29,368 nt of DNA from a virus (lineage: Duplodnaviria; Heunggongvirae; Uroviricota; Caudoviricetes). A model generated the notes under the pieces. It searched no databases. It was not told the DNA's origin and was given only the letters and a program-made list of their open reading frames with translations. This document shows positions 18,844 through 26,126 of this stretch, in pieces. The position numbers and the translations under genes are program-made. The stretch is taken from positions 1-29,368 of IMG/VR virus record IMGVR_UViG_2698536651_000005. One strand, given 5' to 3'. Numbering within the stretch: the stretch's first letter is position 1; each line of letters starts with the position of its first letter.

Positions 18844-19139
18844 ACAGCCTCCTTACGCGGCATAACAATGGTGTAACCCCGGGCAGGCTGGAACCGGGCT
18901 TTTGCATCAATAGTGAGCGTTGCAATTTTTCGGATACGCAGATACCCCGCCCTTTCCAGGGCCAGGGTTTCTCTGAACATTGCCTGTTTTGAACAGCAAC
19001 AAAAATCGGCAAGGACCTGGTGATCAATAACCCTCTCACCTTCACCGTCTGAAGAACCCGACATCAAAACACGCAACATAATCAGGCGCTGAATCGGATT
19101 ATCGAAAACACTTCCGCATACAAACTGAAAACAGTTCAC
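18840..19139 (-). CDS. hypothetical protein (99 aa, possible HTH)
   Basis: GTG start at 19139 with GGGAGGTG RBS, overlapping upstream stop; translationally coupled to O-like gene (ATGA). Confidence 0.4.
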   Translation of the reverse strand: MNCFQFVCGSVFDNPIQRLIMLRVLMSGSSDGEGERVIDHQVLADFCCCSKQAMFRETLALERAGYLRIRKIATLTIDAKARFQPARGYTIVMPRKEAV

Positions 19140-19360
19140 ACGGCACCTCCCAGGCGTTTAAACATTTTTCCGGACTGAAACACCGCCAGTGGGTAGCTAA
19201 TGGTGTAGTTACGCCCCAGTAATTCACACACAACTTTCTGGTTTTCGGTGCTGACCAGACAAACCCGCAGAACGTGACCGTTGCTGGTGGCGAACCACTG
19301 CCCCACACGGGGGCAACGGTTGTATCGGTGATACAGGGAATTAACGACGCGGCGAATCAT
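19136..19360 (-). CDS. hypothetical protein (74 aa)
   Basis: ATG at 19360 with GGGAGGTG RBS; ATGA overlap with upstream gene. Confidence 0.4.
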   Translation of the reverse strand: MIRRVVNSLYHRYNRCPRVGQWFATSNGHVLRVCLVSTENQKVVCELLGRNYTISYPLAVFQSGKMFKRLGGAV

Positions 19361-20022
19361 GGGCGCACCTCCCATTGATTACGACGGAAAGCGGTGTGAC
19401 TGAGACTGGTTTCAGTTTCATGGAATGCTTCAATGCAGCTCTCGTAGTACCGCATTGTGCGCAGACTTAACCCAAGCTGAAGCATCATCAGGCCATCAAG
19501 GGTGATGTAATAACCACGCAGGGAGTCACCATAGATGTGATAAGTACCCGGTATGAAATTGCGGGTAAAAAACTCGCGTGAGCAGTTCAGATACTCGATT
19601 TTGTCGACGATGTTCTGGTGCATGCGCTTGAAATGGCAGGCTACATGCAAAGAGAAAATAACGGTCTTACCGTTAATAATCTCAATTTTGAGGAATGGGT
19701 GGGTAGTGGTGGTAGTCATGGTGACAGCCCCTATGTTGAATTCAAAGAACTCACCACCAAGGCTTTCCACGACCATATAGGTGGTGAGACGTACAGGGGT
19801 GGAAATACCGGTCAACATAGAACCCGGCCCAACCGAAGTTGGCCCTGCACGCCCCACCATAATTTGGGCGTAGCAATGCTCATGACACGAAAAAACCGCA
19901 TGAGCGCGGTTGTGCTCTATATTGAATTTCGGGTTTCCACGCCCGACACCCGCTTTATAAGGTGCTGGAACAGTGTAACGTCCCGAAATTGCAGAATCAA
20001 TATATTGTGCAAACATAACCAT
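19357..20022 (-). CDS. hypothetical protein (221 aa)
   Basis: 3' portion of a 509-aa reverse-strand ORF; ATG at 20022 chosen so it does not overlap the forward-strand TA genes; no SD, start uncertain; no recognised motifs. Confidence 0.35.
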   Translation of the reverse strand: MVMFAQYIDSAISGRYTVPAPYKAGVGRGNPKFNIEHNRAHAVFSCHEHCYAQIMVGRAGPTSVGPGSMLTGISTPVRLTTYMVVESLGGEFFEFNIGAVTMTTTTTHPFLKIEIINGKTVIFSLHVACHFKRMHQNIVDKIEYLNCSREFFTRNFIPGTYHIYGDSLRGYYITLDGLMMLQLGLSLRTMRYYESCIEAFHETETSLSHTAFRRNQWEVRP

Positions 20023-20040
20023 TTTGTTATGTTTTAACTC

Positions 20041-20370
20041 ATGAACTACACTATCGAATACTACAGTGAAGAGGTCAGGCTGGAGGTCGACCAGCTTCCA
20101 TTGAGTATGCGTGCCCGATACCAGCATCTTGTTGAACGCATGAAGGTATACGGCAGCAATCTCGGAGAACCTCATACCAGTGCTTTCGGTAACGGGCTTT
20201 TCGAGCTTCGGATTAAAGGTAGTGATGGCATCGCACGCATCTTTTACTGCACCCTGGCAGGAAAACGCATCATCATGCTGCATAGTTTCATCAAGAAGAC
20301 CCAGAAAACCCCACCAGCCGAACGCCAAAAAGCTGAAACCAGAATGAAGGAGGTAAAGCATGACTGGTAA
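20041..20370 (+). CDS. type II toxin, RelE/ParE superfamily (HigB-like, phage Gp49-like)
   Basis: 109 aa, ...GIARIFYCTLAGKRIIMLHSFIKKTQKTP... typical of Gp49/HigB-type toxins; 11-nt overlap with downstream HTH antitoxin gene. Confidence 0.7.
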   Translation: MNYTIEYYSEEVRLEVDQLPLSMRARYQHLVERMKVYGSNLGEPHTSAFGNGLFELRIKGSDGIARIFYCTLAGKRIIMLHSFIKKTQKTPPAERQKAETRMKEVKHDW

Positions 20371-20668
20371 ACGTAATCCGCCAACCATTACACATGATGA
20401 AATGGCTGATAAATGGATGAAGGATCCAGCTTTTAAAGCAGAATACGACGCCATCGCCGACGAATTTGCGCTGCTTGATGAAATGCTGGCAGCACGTAAA
20501 GAGGCTGGTTTAACCCAGGCTGACGTCGCTGAACGCATGGGAACCAAAGCTACTGTCATCAGCAGAATGGAAAGTAATCTGGCGTCAGGTGTCAGTGGAC
20601 CATCATTTTCCACACTGAAAAAATTTGCCCGCGCAACAGGAAAAAAACTCCAGATCCGCTTCGTGTAA
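20360..20668 (+). CDS. HTH (XRE-type) antitoxin, HigA-like
   Basis: AAGGAGGT RBS; HTH LTQADVAERMGTKATVISRMES; toxin-first gene order as in HigBA. Confidence 0.75.
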   Translation: MTGKRNPPTITHDEMADKWMKDPAFKAEYDAIADEFALLDEMLAARKEAGLTQADVAERMGTKATVISRMESNLASGVSGPSFSTLKKFARATGKKLQIRFV

Positions 20669-20689
20669 GTTTCCACCATTGCACCGTCA

Positions 20690-20863
20690 TTCTGGCGGTG
20701 CTTCGCACTCAACAAAATCACGACGAAATAACCACAACGGACTGAAACATTCATGCGGATAACCATCACGCAGGTAAATGACCCGCTGTGTTTCAGACTC
20801 CCAGCGTATAACGTGGACGCGACGCCCTCTGCCATCGCGGAACCAGCGATTGAGTACTTGCAT
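20690..20863 (-). CDS. possible small protein (57 aa)
   Basis: ORF below the track size cut-off, directly downstream of Rha gene; AGGT-type weak RBS. Confidence 0.2.
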
Positions 20864-20882
20864 GTGTTACCTGTGAGCATAA

Positions 20883-21593
20883 TCACACCTGCCAGCCCAG
20901 CGCCTGAAACAGGCCCATTTTCGGGTGATACCAGCGAGTACCTCGTGGTTCTGCTTCACTCATCATGCGATAAAAAGCAAACATGAAGGGTTCTACTGCA
21001 ACAATCGCGCGACGAGACAATAATCCGTCCGGCGTCATAAATTCATGGGTGTCGGTAGGGATCTGATATGCGTTCACCAGATTGCGGCATTTCGCATCTG
21101 ACATACCTGTTTTCGCCACCAGCTGACGGTATCCTGCATAACCATCGCGTATGGTGCCTCTTTTGATTTGTTCGACAGTTTCGGCAACGTGGCTAACTTT
21201 TTCTTCCATCTTGTCGAGGCGTTTTTGCTGACGAACTGCTTCAAGAGCCATCGCGGCAACCATTTCGATTTCGCTCATTGGCTTACGGATCTGTTCTTCC
21301 AGTTCACGCCAACGATCTACCAGGCGGGCAGTGAATTCCGGGCAAAGTTGTGCGACGACAATGATGCTGTCGCGTTTGCCTTGTTCGCCTTCGAAAATAT
21401 ATGCGTTTGTGAATTTGTTTTGGCTAAATGATTGTTCGTTCTCAACTTTTTGCATTGCAGGAAGTTGAATCACCCCGCGTTTTGCCAGACGCTCTATTGA
21501 TATTCTGACATTGCCGTGTTGACTTCCAACCAGCTCTGCGATTTCAACGCTGGTCATGGATACTTTGTCGTTAAAAATTGCGGTGTTCATCAT
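20883..21593 (-). CDS. phage regulatory protein, Rha family
   Basis: N-terminal region (SMTSVEIAELVGSQHGNVRISIERL) matches the Rha-type domain as recalled; GAGGAG RBS; ATGA coupling with upstream gene. Confidence 0.7.
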   Translation of the reverse strand: MMNTAIFNDKVSMTSVEIAELVGSQHGNVRISIERLAKRGVIQLPAMQKVENEQSFSQNKFTNAYIFEGEQGKRDSIIVVAQLCPEFTARLVDRWRELEEQIRKPMSEIEMVAAMALEAVRQQKRLDKMEEKVSHVAETVEQIKRGTIRDGYAGYRQLVAKTGMSDAKCRNLVNAYQIPTDTHEFMTPDGLLSRRAIVAVEPFMFAFYRMMSEAEPRGTRWYHPKMGLFQALGWQV

Positions 21594-21901
21594 TCAATCT
21601 CCTCAGGATGTTTCTCAAACCAGGCGTCAAGGGCGCGCTCGCTGGCCTCTCCTTCTTCAGGAGAAAGCTGCTCAATACTTATAAAACGGATGGATAAAAC
21701 CGAAGGATTGGCGTTACGTATTGCCATCGCACCATTCACAGCTGCGGAACAGGGGCATTTGGCCTTTCCGATAATTGTCTCGGTATAAGTGCGGGCGTAC
21801 TCTGAAACCACGTACGTTCTTCTGTACCACTGTTCGACCGGAATTTGTCCAACAGGATCTGAAGGGTTGACTAATTTTTGAGTGCTGCTAATGTTAAGCA
21901 T
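21590..21901 (-). CDS. hypothetical protein (103 aa)
   Basis: ATG at 21901 with AAAGGA RBS; coupled to Rha gene. Confidence 0.45.
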   Translation of the reverse strand: MLNISSTQKLVNPSDPVGQIPVEQWYRRTYVVSEYARTYTETIIGKAKCPCSAAVNGAMAIRNANPSVLSIRFISIEQLSPEEGEASERALDAWFEKHPEEIE

Positions 21902-21976
21902 GATCAATGTCCTTTAGTCAGATGATTGAGGCCTTTTCCAGTCTGGTGATTAATGCCCTCCGGTTGGCGGTCAGGA

Positions 21977-22297
21977 TCAGTGATTAATCGGGCGTTTATC
22001 ATGGAACAGCTCCTTGAAGGTTGATTCCAAAGGTAAGTCAGGACAGGCCGGGCTGGCCCACCTTAATCCGGCCCGGCTTTTTCTTTTCCTTTCGCTCAGT
22101 AATATTTGTCTGACCAAGTGCCCATTGCCGCGCACGAAACAAGCAATCATTAAACATCGCTCCTTTGCGGCTGGCCTGCGAGCTACGGCGGTAGTAATCC
22201 AGTCCCCGGCATGCCCCCCCCTGGCAACAATTTCAGGGAAGCCCTCCGCCACCAGCTTTTCCGTTATGTGTTTGCAGATAAATTCTTCTGGAGTCAT
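21977..22297 (-). CDS. hypothetical protein (106 aa)
   Basis: ATG at 22297 (MTPEEFICKHITEKLVAEGFPEIVA...) with AAGAGG RBS; contains a C7 homopolymer tract at about 22215-22221. Confidence 0.4.
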   Translation of the reverse strand: MTPEEFICKHITEKLVAEGFPEIVARGGHAGDWITTAVARRPAAKERCLMIACFVRGNGHLVRQILLSERKRKSRAGLRWASPACPDLPLESTFKELFHDKRPINH

Positions 22298-22323
22298 GGT
22301 TAGCCTCTTCAATTTGCCTGTCT

Positions 22324-22352
22324 TTTAACCACTTCAGGCTCGGTGGTATACT
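22324..22352 (+). promoter_or_regulatory. candidate sigma70 promoter with extended -10 (TGgTATACT)
   Basis: -35-like TTTAAC/TTAACC, 17-bp spacer, TGGTATACT at 22344-22352; 34 nt upstream of ATG 22386. Confidence 0.35.
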
Positions 22353-22385
22353 GGAGTTCTCACACAACCAGTAAGGAAATTACCT

Positions 22386-22613
22386 ATGACTGATACAACT
22401 AAATTCAGCGTTGAAACCAAGCTAGACGGCCTTGAGGCATTACTTGGTTTATTGCTGTCGTCCCTTCCCATCCAAGAGCGAATAAAGCTCGCAGCATCCG
22501 GAATGGAGTTAATTAAAAACCTGAAAAGTCAGCCGCAACAGCAGAGGGAGCGAGGACAGGATATGTGTGAATACATCGCTGCCGTTCTGGATAACTCCAT
22601 CAACCAGGATTAA
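22386..22613 (+). CDS. hypothetical protein (75 aa), opposite orientation to early operon
   Basis: own promoter-like element, AAGGA RBS; no recognised motifs. Confidence 0.4.
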   Translation: MTDTTKFSVETKLDGLEALLGLLLSSLPIQERIKLAASGMELIKNLKSQPQQQRERGQDMCEYIAAVLDNSINQD

Positions 22614-22728
22614 CCGAAAAACCCAAAGCTAAGGCTGTTTTTTCAGCAACAGTCCTTGCCTCCTGAATCTCTTCGTCGGTAAGGGCTGATATGGCCTCAA
22701 GAATGCATTCGATTCGTTCTTCGTTCAT
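22600..22728 (-). CDS. possible small protein (42 aa) downstream of cro-like gene
   Basis: GGAGGTAAGGAAGT immediately upstream of ATG 22728; below track size cut-off; converges on and overlaps the 75-aa forward gene by 14 nt. Confidence 0.3.
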   Translation of the reverse strand: MNEERIECILEAISALTDEEIQEARTVAEKTALALGFSVNPG

Positions 22729-22734
22729 ACTTCC

Positions 22735-23007
22735 TTACCTCCCCTCCCCCGTGTGCGCTAAGCTTGGATTTGATGTTTTGCGTAACGAATCAGGAATTCC
22801 ATCTTCAGGGTGAGGGTAAAGATCTGGCCTTAAGCCATGAGGCGTAACCTTCCATGCAACCACCTCACATACCCGTAAAACGAAACGAGCAGGAATTGTG
22901 CTTTTTGAAAACCACTGATTCACCGCTTGCGGTGTCACACCAAGATTTCGCGCTATGGCATTTTGCGCAATTAATGCACGAAGTTCGTCGTAATCATTTC
23001 CTTTCAT
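22735..23007 (-). CDS. Cro-like HTH regulator (YdaS-like)
   Basis: HTH NLGVTPQAVNQWF; divergent from CI repressor gene across a 133-bp intergenic region; GGTGA RBS. Confidence 0.65.
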   Translation of the reverse strand: MKGNDYDELRALIAQNAIARNLGVTPQAVNQWFSKSTIPARFVLRVCEVVAWKVTPHGLRPDLYPHPEDGIPDSLRKTSNPSLAHTGEGR

Positions 23008-23061
23008 AACAAATCACCAAGATAAACTTAATGAATCAAGAATACATCAATTTTAAATTAA

Positions 23062-23096
23062 CATGCAAGTTGCAAAAGGATCGAATACACTAAAAT
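23062..23096 (+). promoter_or_regulatory. candidate cI promoter (TTGCAA-17-TAAAAT) overlapping palindrome TGCAAgTTGCA
   Basis: hexamers at 23068-23073 and 23091-23096; perfect 5+1+5 palindrome at 23062-23072 overlaps the -35; within cro/cI divergent intergenic region. Confidence 0.4.
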
Positions 23097-23140
23097 CAAG
23101 TAAAGATTTATCCTTGTAAAGAAACCCACAGGACCTGGTC

Positions 23141-23830
23141 ATGAAGAACGTCAAAAACACGGAAAATCGTATAGCCGCGATGCTGAAAGCAAAAGGATGG
23201 ACTCAAGCTCAACTGGCCCGTAAGTTAGGTGTGAGTGCGCAATCAGTGCAGTACTGGACAACAGGAAAGACATTTCCACGGAGTGATAAGCTTGCGCAGT
23301 TATCAGAGATTAGCGGTTATCCACAATCCTGGTTCTTAGGTGAAGACCCCTCACCGACCTTCTCCTCGCCAGAGAAACACCAGACAAGAACAGATAGCGT
23401 CGTGTTTAATGTCCTTGATGTTGAGTTCAGTTGCGGTGATGGAACTCATGTCCGTGGTGACTTGATAGATGTAGTGCGCTCAATAGAACTTGATCCTGAA
23501 TATGCCCGACGTCTTGTTGGAAATCGGGCATTCAAAAATATAGAAATAGGTAACGCCAGAGGAGACAGTATGGCTCCCACAATCTCACCTGGCGACCTTC
23601 TTTTTCTCGATAAGACAGTAACTTATTTTGATGGAGATGGCATTTATGCATTTTGTTTTGATGGAGAATGCTACGTGAAAAGACTTCAAAAAATTGGAAG
23701 CAAAATCATGGTGTTATCTGATAACCCCAATTATCAACCATGGAGCATCGAAAAAGAGGGTTTAGCTCTGCTTTATATCCAGTCTAAAGTGATCTCATCT
23801 GTACCATTCAATATAAACAGATTTGGTTAG
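23141..23830 (+). CDS. cI: CI-type prophage repressor (N-terminal HTH, C-terminal S24 LexA-like peptidase)
   Basis: HTH WTQAQLARKLGVSAQSVQYW; S24 motifs GDSM (Ser nucleophile) and YVKRL (Lys). Confidence 0.9.
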   Translation: MKNVKNTENRIAAMLKAKGWTQAQLARKLGVSAQSVQYWTTGKTFPRSDKLAQLSEISGYPQSWFLGEDPSPTFSSPEKHQTRTDSVVFNVLDVEFSCGDGTHVRGDLIDVVRSIELDPEYARRLVGNRAFKNIEIGNARGDSMAPTISPGDLLFLDKTVTYFDGDGIYAFCFDGECYVKRLQKIGSKIMVLSDNPNYQPWSIEKEGLALLYIQSKVISSVPFNINRFG

Positions 23831-23841
23831 TCTTTGATTTT

Positions 23842-23864
23842 AACGGGCTTTGCCCGTTTTTTCT
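23842..23864 (+). terminator. rho-independent terminator after cI
   Basis: AACGGGC-ttt-GCCCGTT followed by TTTTCT, 12 nt after cI stop. Confidence 0.6.
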
Positions 23865-23892
23865 GCCTAAAATACACGATATCAATTTTTTC

Positions 23893-23921
23893 TTGACAGC
23901 CTATTTCTCAAAGCATAATAT
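23893..23921 (+). promoter_or_regulatory. near-consensus sigma70 promoter (TTGACA-17-TAATAT), pL-like position
   Basis: hexamers at 23893-23898 and 23916-23921; flanked by ATCAAT motifs also present in the cro/cI intergenic region. Confidence 0.5.
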
Positions 23922-23950
23922 CGCACCATCAATTATAACTTGATTAAGTT

Positions 23951-23963
23951 CAATTTAAAATTG
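23951..23963. promoter_or_regulatory. perfect 13-bp palindrome CAATTTaAAATTG (candidate operator)
   Basis: near-identical CAATTTtAAATTa at 23047-23059 in the cro/cI intergenic region. Confidence 0.35.
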
Positions 23964-23974
23964 TTGGCGGATAT

Positions 23975-24436
23975 ATGAAGACACTAAACGCAACTCCAGA
24001 AACAACCAATTTTAGCAACTGCGACTGTGTTACGCTTAAGAGCTTAGAATTTGATTCCTTTGCATTAAATATTGCGAATTTGCTAAGTGCTGTACGCACA
24101 TTCCATCTTCTGGATTGTGCTCGCTCAAAGGAACTGGGCATTGAGGTAATGGAATTTATCCATGAATATGCCCTATCTGCGGCTTCTCCTGCACAACAAA
24201 AACAATCCTTCCCCAAAAGCTGGCTGGTTAACCTTCGCACCCAACGCGAAGCCTGCGGCTTAACAACAGCCGAACTCGCCAGGCTGCTCGATCTCGATGA
24301 AGACATCATAATCCAGTGGGAGAGCGGAGAGTATGAACCAACTATCAGTATGCTTATCCCGCTGGCAAATGTTCTTGGTTGCGACCCGATGTGGCTGTTA
24401 ACCGGTAAACCAACAGCGGGAGATACTTGCGCATGA
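23975..24436 (+). CDS. hypothetical protein with C-terminal XRE-type HTH (153 aa)
   Basis: C-terminal HTH LTTAELARLLDLDEDIIIQWESGEYEPTISMLIPLANVLG; N-terminal ~70-aa domain paralogous to C-terminus of the next gene. Confidence 0.6.
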   Translation: MKTLNATPETTNFSNCDCVTLKSLEFDSFALNIANLLSAVRTFHLLDCARSKELGIEVMEFIHEYALSAASPAQQKQSFPKSWLVNLRTQREACGLTTAELARLLDLDEDIIIQWESGEYEPTISMLIPLANVLGCDPMWLLTGKPTAGDTCA

Positions 24437-24798
24437 AAAAGTTCGAAAACATAACTGTTCTCCATGTTGATAACTTTGATTATACAAACCAGGAACTTCT
24501 CCCGGAGGTTGTAAAGGCAATAGATGTAGCCGATATAGTGATTAGAGGAAAGAGAATTGTCAAAAACAGGCTCGCATGCACTTCAGGAGCAATGACAGAA
24601 ACAACCTCACAACAAGATGATTATGAAGGCATTTGTCTGGAGCCTGATTCATTTGCGGTAAATGTTTATCATTTATTGCATGCAACACAGGTATTACATA
24701 TGTCCAGTAATCACGAAACAAAAGTACTTGGCAGCGAAATTCTGAATTTTGCATGTGAATATGCAAAAGCTGCTGCCGAAAAAGAATTAGCGCAATAA
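24433..24798 (+). CDS. hypothetical protein (121 aa) sharing a domain with the upstream HTH protein
   Basis: ATGA overlap with upstream gene; residues ~70-115 (LEPDSFAVNVYHLL...LGSEILNFACEYAKAAAE) about 45-50% identical to upstream protein residues ~24-70. Confidence 0.55.
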   Translation: MKKFENITVLHVDNFDYTNQELLPEVVKAIDVADIVIRGKRIVKNRLACTSGAMTETTSQQDDYEGICLEPDSFAVNVYHLLHATQVLHMSSNHETKVLGSEILNFACEYAKAAAEKELAQ

Positions 24799-24994
24799 CA
24801 ATAAATATTCCCTGAATGTTTATTACGGTTTTATCGCCGGGGATTGTTGCAACATTTATTCGCAGGAGATTATGTTATGACCTTCCTGAAACATAAGGCA
24901 TCGTATAAAACTGCCTGCCTCATTGCACAACATGGAGATTCTTATCTTCATATAGCCAACCTGTATTTGCGCAAAGCATATGGGAGATAAATAA

Positions 24995-25183
24995 ATGAAA
25001 GAAAAACAACAGAACATAACACATAAAAAAGTAAGAGTGTTGCTAACTATTGAAAATGGTGAAGTAATTTACTCAAAACATCTGTTGGATAATGAATTCG
25101 TTGGTTGCATGGATACATTTCTGTGGATGGCAAAAAGAGCTGGCTACACGATTATTCCACCAGCAAAGGAGCAAACATTATGA
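24995..25183 (+). CDS. hypothetical protein (62 aa)
   Basis: GGGAGA RBS; ATGA coupling to downstream 193-aa gene. Confidence 0.45.
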   Translation: MKEKQQNITHKKVRVLLTIENGEVIYSKHLLDNEFVGCMDTFLWMAKRAGYTIIPPAKEQTL

Positions 25184-25761
25184 ATCATTCAGAGTTCCGA
25201 TCAGAAGTAACGCCACATGGCATAAAAATTGGTAATAAAACCATTGATTATATTGAGGCCGTACAGCGGCTTAATGATGGCGAATTCGATAATCCATACT
25301 GGCACGGTTTAAGAATCATGCAATGTCTTGCCGAAGCTGATGATGCCGGATTGCTGGGAAGATTTTCAGTCGATCTGAAGGTTGCTCAGTGGCGCTGGCT
25401 GTATGTGATGAAGTTTATCAGTGAAGAGGAAAACAAGAACGGCACCATTGATATCCCTAACGATAACGGAACCACAGATCACGCAGTTATTTATAAGGGA
25501 AAGCATGGTTGTATAAGTATATACCCGGGGCCACTTCGCATTGCCCTGCAAAACCATGTTGAATGGGGATTTATTGAAAAATATGGCGAAGCTGAAGGCA
25601 TGGGGAGAGTTCTGTTTCTCTATCAAAAAATGCTCATCGCAGATCCTGATAATGGTTTCATTCTCTCTGCTATGGGGCGCGAAGGGCTTGAACTCCTTCT
25701 GGATGAAATGATTAACGACCTGAATACTCATGGTATGCCAGAAGCGCCAGTGACACATTAA
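25180..25761 (+). CDS. hypothetical protein (193 aa)
   Basis: AAGGAG RBS 8 nt upstream of ATG 25180 (track ORF extends upstream to 25105); no recognised motifs. Confidence 0.55.
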   Translation: MNHSEFRSEVTPHGIKIGNKTIDYIEAVQRLNDGEFDNPYWHGLRIMQCLAEADDAGLLGRFSVDLKVAQWRWLYVMKFISEEENKNGTIDIPNDNGTTDHAVIYKGKHGCISIYPGPLRIALQNHVEWGFIEKYGEAEGMGRVLFLYQKMLIADPDNGFILSAMGREGLELLLDEMINDLNTHGMPEAPVTH

Positions 25762-25780
25762 ATATTAAGAAGACTATAAT
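25750..25780 (+). promoter_or_regulatory. candidate sigma70 promoter (gTGACAc-18-TATAAT)
   Basis: perfect -10 TATAAT at 25775-25780; upstream of small membrane ORFs and SPFH gene. Confidence 0.4.
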
Positions 25781-25937
25781 TCTTCCATTTTTTACTAACC
25801 GTTTATATGAAAAGCAACCGTGAATTAAACAGAGTAAAACTGATTTTAATCCTTGCCACAGTGCTTACACTAACAGAAATCATTATTCTCTTTATTGCGC
25901 TGTCAGTCGGTTAAAAATATCGGGATACCACAGACCA

Positions 25938-26126
25938 ATGAGACTGTATTTCACAATAGTAATTTTACTGGCAATTATCGCATGCATTTACGGATTACTT
26001 GTTCCGTTCCTTATATCCATGAAGGATACGATAGCAGTTATTTCTGGCTTTGCACTGGCGTTTCTGACCCCGCCCTGCATTTATGCCATTTACAAGGGGC
26101 TTTCTTTCACTAAGGATAAAAGATGA
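25938..26126 (+). CDS. small membrane protein (62 aa, 2 TM), partner of SPFH gene
   Basis: two hydrophobic segments; stop overlaps SPFH start (ATGA); no clear SD. Confidence 0.4.
   Translation: MRLYFTIVILLAIIACIYGLLVPFLISMKDTIAVISGFALAFLTPPCIYAIYKGLSFTKDKR

Noticed and set aside
19357-19455. C-terminal MRYYE string reminiscent of the N-terminus of lambda Ser/Thr phosphatase
   Set aside because: It is at the wrong end of the protein and the metallophosphatase motifs (GDxHG, GDxxDRG, GNHE) are absent or in the wrong order; treated as coincidence.
20023-20886. 5' two-thirds of a 509-aa reverse-strand ORF (19357..20886)
   Set aside because: It is antisense to the well-supported HigB/HigA-like genes and its translation is low-complexity and Ser-rich; only the 3' part (19357..20022) was kept as a possible gene.
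22014-22328. 104-aa forward-strand ORF
   Set aside because: Overlaps the better-supported reverse-strand gene (21977..22297) and has low-complexity composition with no RBS.
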